DNA from: Dimorphilus gyrociliatus
Taxonomy: Eukaryota; Animalia; Annelida
DNA length: 64,000 nt
Assembly: GCA_904063045.1 (NCBI GenBank)
Contig: CAJFCJ010000026.1
Location: 288,964-352,963 of the forward strand
Direction of reading: 5' to 3'
Position numbers and translations under genes: made by a program
Notes under the pieces: model-generated
Seen by the model: only the letters and a program-made list of their open reading frames with translations
What the model was told of the DNA's origin: nothing
Databases searched by the model: none
In this document: in pieces, positions 61,461 to 64,000 of the stretch
Position numbering within the stretch: position 1 is the stretch's first letter
Layout: every line of letters begins with the position of its first letter

Positions 61461-61901
61461 AAATGGTATAGAATTATTTGCAATATCTTCAGCTAATCTT
61501 TTTCCAGACATTTTCAGCTCCTATTAATTCGAGATGTCAATCTTTCTTTCCTGTTAATTATTTAAGGAATGATTTTTTTGATAAAGTTATCTAGAAAATG
61601 AAAAAATGTTAAGTTTCTGTATTTTGAAAGCAACCAACAGAATAATCAGTATCTTTATTTTGAATAATTTAAAAAAAGGCAAATGATATTTGGCTGGCTT
61701 GTCAGCATTTTTCTATCATAAAACTGTCTTCTGTTTTAAAAGAACCAGACTAGAACATATTTTCAAATGTTTTGCTTTTGAAGTAAAATGAATTTTTGGA
61801 ACTTTTTAGTATATTTCATGGGGAAAAGAAACCATATTAGAATATTGTTTTTAGGCTAAAGGCTATTGGAACACATTTAAAAAGGTATTTTGCATGGAAT
61901 A

Positions 61902-62626
61902 AAGTAATGGACTAAAAAATCCGGACACCGTAAATTTTGATAGGCCAATTTTGAAAACACCCCAAAAATGTTATCTTTGTTTTAAATTTGTTTTTTTTGT
62001 CTAAATTTACATAAAAAGAGTTATATTTACGTAATACTGAAAAATATTAGAGAAAATCATCATATTTATGAATATTATTACAAAAATAATAATATTATGG
62101 AGTAATGGTTTGGGGACTAATAACCTCAGATGGGGTGTTTGAGGTTTGGAGGGTAAGCAAAAAAATTAAATGCTCAAACATATTCTTGTTTTGTTGTTGA
62201 AGATGTTTTCCCTGTAATTGACGAAATCTCAGATAAAATGGGGAGAAATTACATCTTCCAACAAGACAATGCTGGCTGCCACACAGCAAGAGTTACCAAA
62301 TCTGTATGTTTGGATGGGAGCTAGAGTAAGTGCATCGAAAAAGAGGGTCGTCAAATTCAAAGTTAATAAAAGTATTGGTCCCCAAACCCTTGTCTCACGG
62401 CCGAATAAGAAAAAAACACATAAAAAAGCATACAATATAAAAACAAAAAAAATGATGTAAAAAGTTATCTAAATACTATTTGATAGAAATTTATATGTAG
62501 AACCGAGTTTCACCTAATAATTAATAGCTACAATATTAAAAAAACAATCTTTTTTGATAAAGAAAAAGATTTTTAATGTTCGGCCTATCAAAATTTACTA
62601 TGTCCGGATTTTTTAGTCCCTTACTT
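61902..62626 (+). mobile_element. Internally deleted Tc1 element with both 45-bp TIRs and a TA target duplication
   Basis: Left AAGTAATGGACTAAAAAATCCGGACACCGTAAATTTTGATAGGCC; right GGCCTATCAAAATTTACTATGTCCGGATTTTTTAGTCCCTTACTT; TA on both sides. Inside: GVMVWGLIT and IFQQDNAGCHTA. Confidence 0.9.
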
Positions 62627-63504
62627 TATACACTAGTTAATTTATTGTTGTTAAGCGAAAAGTATTAGCATACATTTTACAATGTGTGTTTTTAGTGGGT
62701 CGGACAGGTACCATACTAGAAGACATTTTACAAAAAAAAATGTTTCGTTTCCGGAAAATGAGAGAGAAACCACACTAGGAAACAAAAAAGGAGTTTTGTT
62801 TGAAAGAAAAAGAATAGGGACAGAAATTGCACTAAATTCCTTTTAAATATTGTTCTTAAACAAAATATACTAACATACACCTTTAAATATGTTTTTAGGG
62901 GAGACAGGAACCAGATTATATATACTTTTTAGAAGTGTTGCTGTTAGGGCAAAAGTACCAGCACACGTTTTAAGATATGTTTTTTGTTTCGCGAAGTGGA
63001 GATGGGAACCATATTAGAATGTAAGTTCAAAAGGATTATGGATTGAACAAAACCAGTGTTTGCCTACATCTTACGAATGTGACGACTCCTAACGGCCCAC
63101 AAAATGTAATCATTATTTTATAATATACAAAAAAAGTCAACGTTTATAGTGTGACAAAAAATTTTCGCGGTAAAACCAGGTCATTTCTATAAATTGAACA
63201 TACAAGATTTTAAAATGAATTGCAATAATTTATTTATAAAAAATTTGAATAATTGATTCTTATATTTGAATAATTTGCTCATAAATCTCTTTTATATTGT
63301 CAGAAATTTGATTTGGATGATACAACTTTTCGAGACAATAATTGATTTTAAGTAGGATTTCTGGAAGGTTGGAGCAATGAATGAACAAGCACATTTTCAC
63401 TTACGTACCTTTGACCAAAATAGAGTTTCACCCAATCCCAAATGTTTATACCAGTTTACAAAAAAATTCATTCTGTGAATACATTGACCTGTCAAAATGG
63501 GGGC

Positions 63505-63730
63505 CGACATAAAACGTCCCCAAATGAGATTTTTCAGAGCAACATTTCGGATTGAAAAATGGGTGGCAGGAGTAAAGTAGCTTTTGATTCATAGTTAGGG
63601 GGGTTCCACCTAAGGGTTAGGAGTAATCAAAAAGGTTAAGGAGAGACAAGGACTAGGTTAGGGTTAGGGTTAAAAGCGTGCATTCGGGGACGTTTTCTGT
63701 AGTATCCGTTGGCATCCGTCGGATGGCTTT
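63505..63730 (+). mobile_element. Helentron/HINE-like non-autonomous element with a TTAGGG-rich core
   Basis: 22-bp inverted repeats (63505-63526 and 63681-63702, 19/22 match), an internal GGTTAGGGTTAGGGTTA tract, and a 3' hairpin CATCC-GTC-GGATG (63713-63725) followed by a T run. Confidence 0.6.
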
Positions 63731-64000
63731 CTGGTACAATTTTGTGGAAAATGACGAATTTTGAAGGAATTTAAACAAAGATTTAATTGAAAAAATTTAC
63801 TGTCTTTTTAAAACTCTGAAGAGTCTGACATCCGGTGTTGGCCTTCGCAGTCTACTGCTGGGGGCATCTCTCTTGGGATTCTAAAATTGAACTCATTCTT
63901 TTTCAGGTTCATACTCGTTAGTGCCAACTTTATCCTTAGTTCACTTCACCCACAATCCTTGCAAGGATTCGCTAAAACTGGCAAGCACAACAGCAAGCGT

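Noticed and set aside
63595-63672. Telomere-fusion signature from opposite repeat orientations
   Set aside because: A fusion gives (TTAGGG)n followed directly by (CCCTAA)n. Here the order is reversed, the tracts are kilobases apart, and this one sits inside an inverted-repeat element.
35000-64000. Dozens of 60-170 aa ORFs as independent genes
   Set aside because: They are frameshifted pieces of BEL gag/pol or Tc1 transposase, or their antisense frames.
1-64000. CRISPR arrays, rRNA, tRNA or prokaryotic operons
   Set aside because: No regular repeat-spacer array or recognisable structural RNA was seen; spliceosomal introns show the DNA is eukaryotic.

Overview
AT-rich eukaryotic (metazoan invertebrate) DNA with very short GT-AG introns (mostly about 45-65 nt). 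A compact-genome lophotrochozoan such as an annelid is a guess, not verified. The window has two sharply different halves. (1) About 1-34.6 kb is gene-dense: the end of an S/T/P-rich gene, a two-domain C-type lectin receptor, an orphan ORF, two C2H2 zinc-finger genes, an RRM plus five-Tudor protein, a coiled-coil ORF, a PWWP + IBD (LEDGF/HDGF-related) protein, a DUF4062-NTPase-TPR (NPHP3/TEP1-like) protein, a ZER1/ZYG11-like LRR protein, a SOCS-box protein, a TRPM channel without NUDT9-H and a carboxypeptidase B-like gene. (2) About 35-64 kb has no recognisable host gene. It is a field of decayed BEL/Pao LTR retrotransposons, Tc1/mariner remnants, a possible Penelope-like RT remnant, short telomere-type (TAACCC)n tracts and a Helentron-like non-autonomous element. 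Main observation: from 41.6 to 61 kb every identifiable element (about seven BEL segments and five Tc1 remnants) is on the minus strand. Elements left of a telomere-repeat-rich spacer (39.2-41.6 kb) are on the plus strand. This layout resembles a flamenco-like uni-strand, possibly bidirectional, piRNA cluster at a gene/heterochromatin border; it is a hypothesis that needs small-RNA data. Exon and element boundaries were read by eye and are approximate unless termini are quoted. Domain calls come from motif recognition, not database searches.
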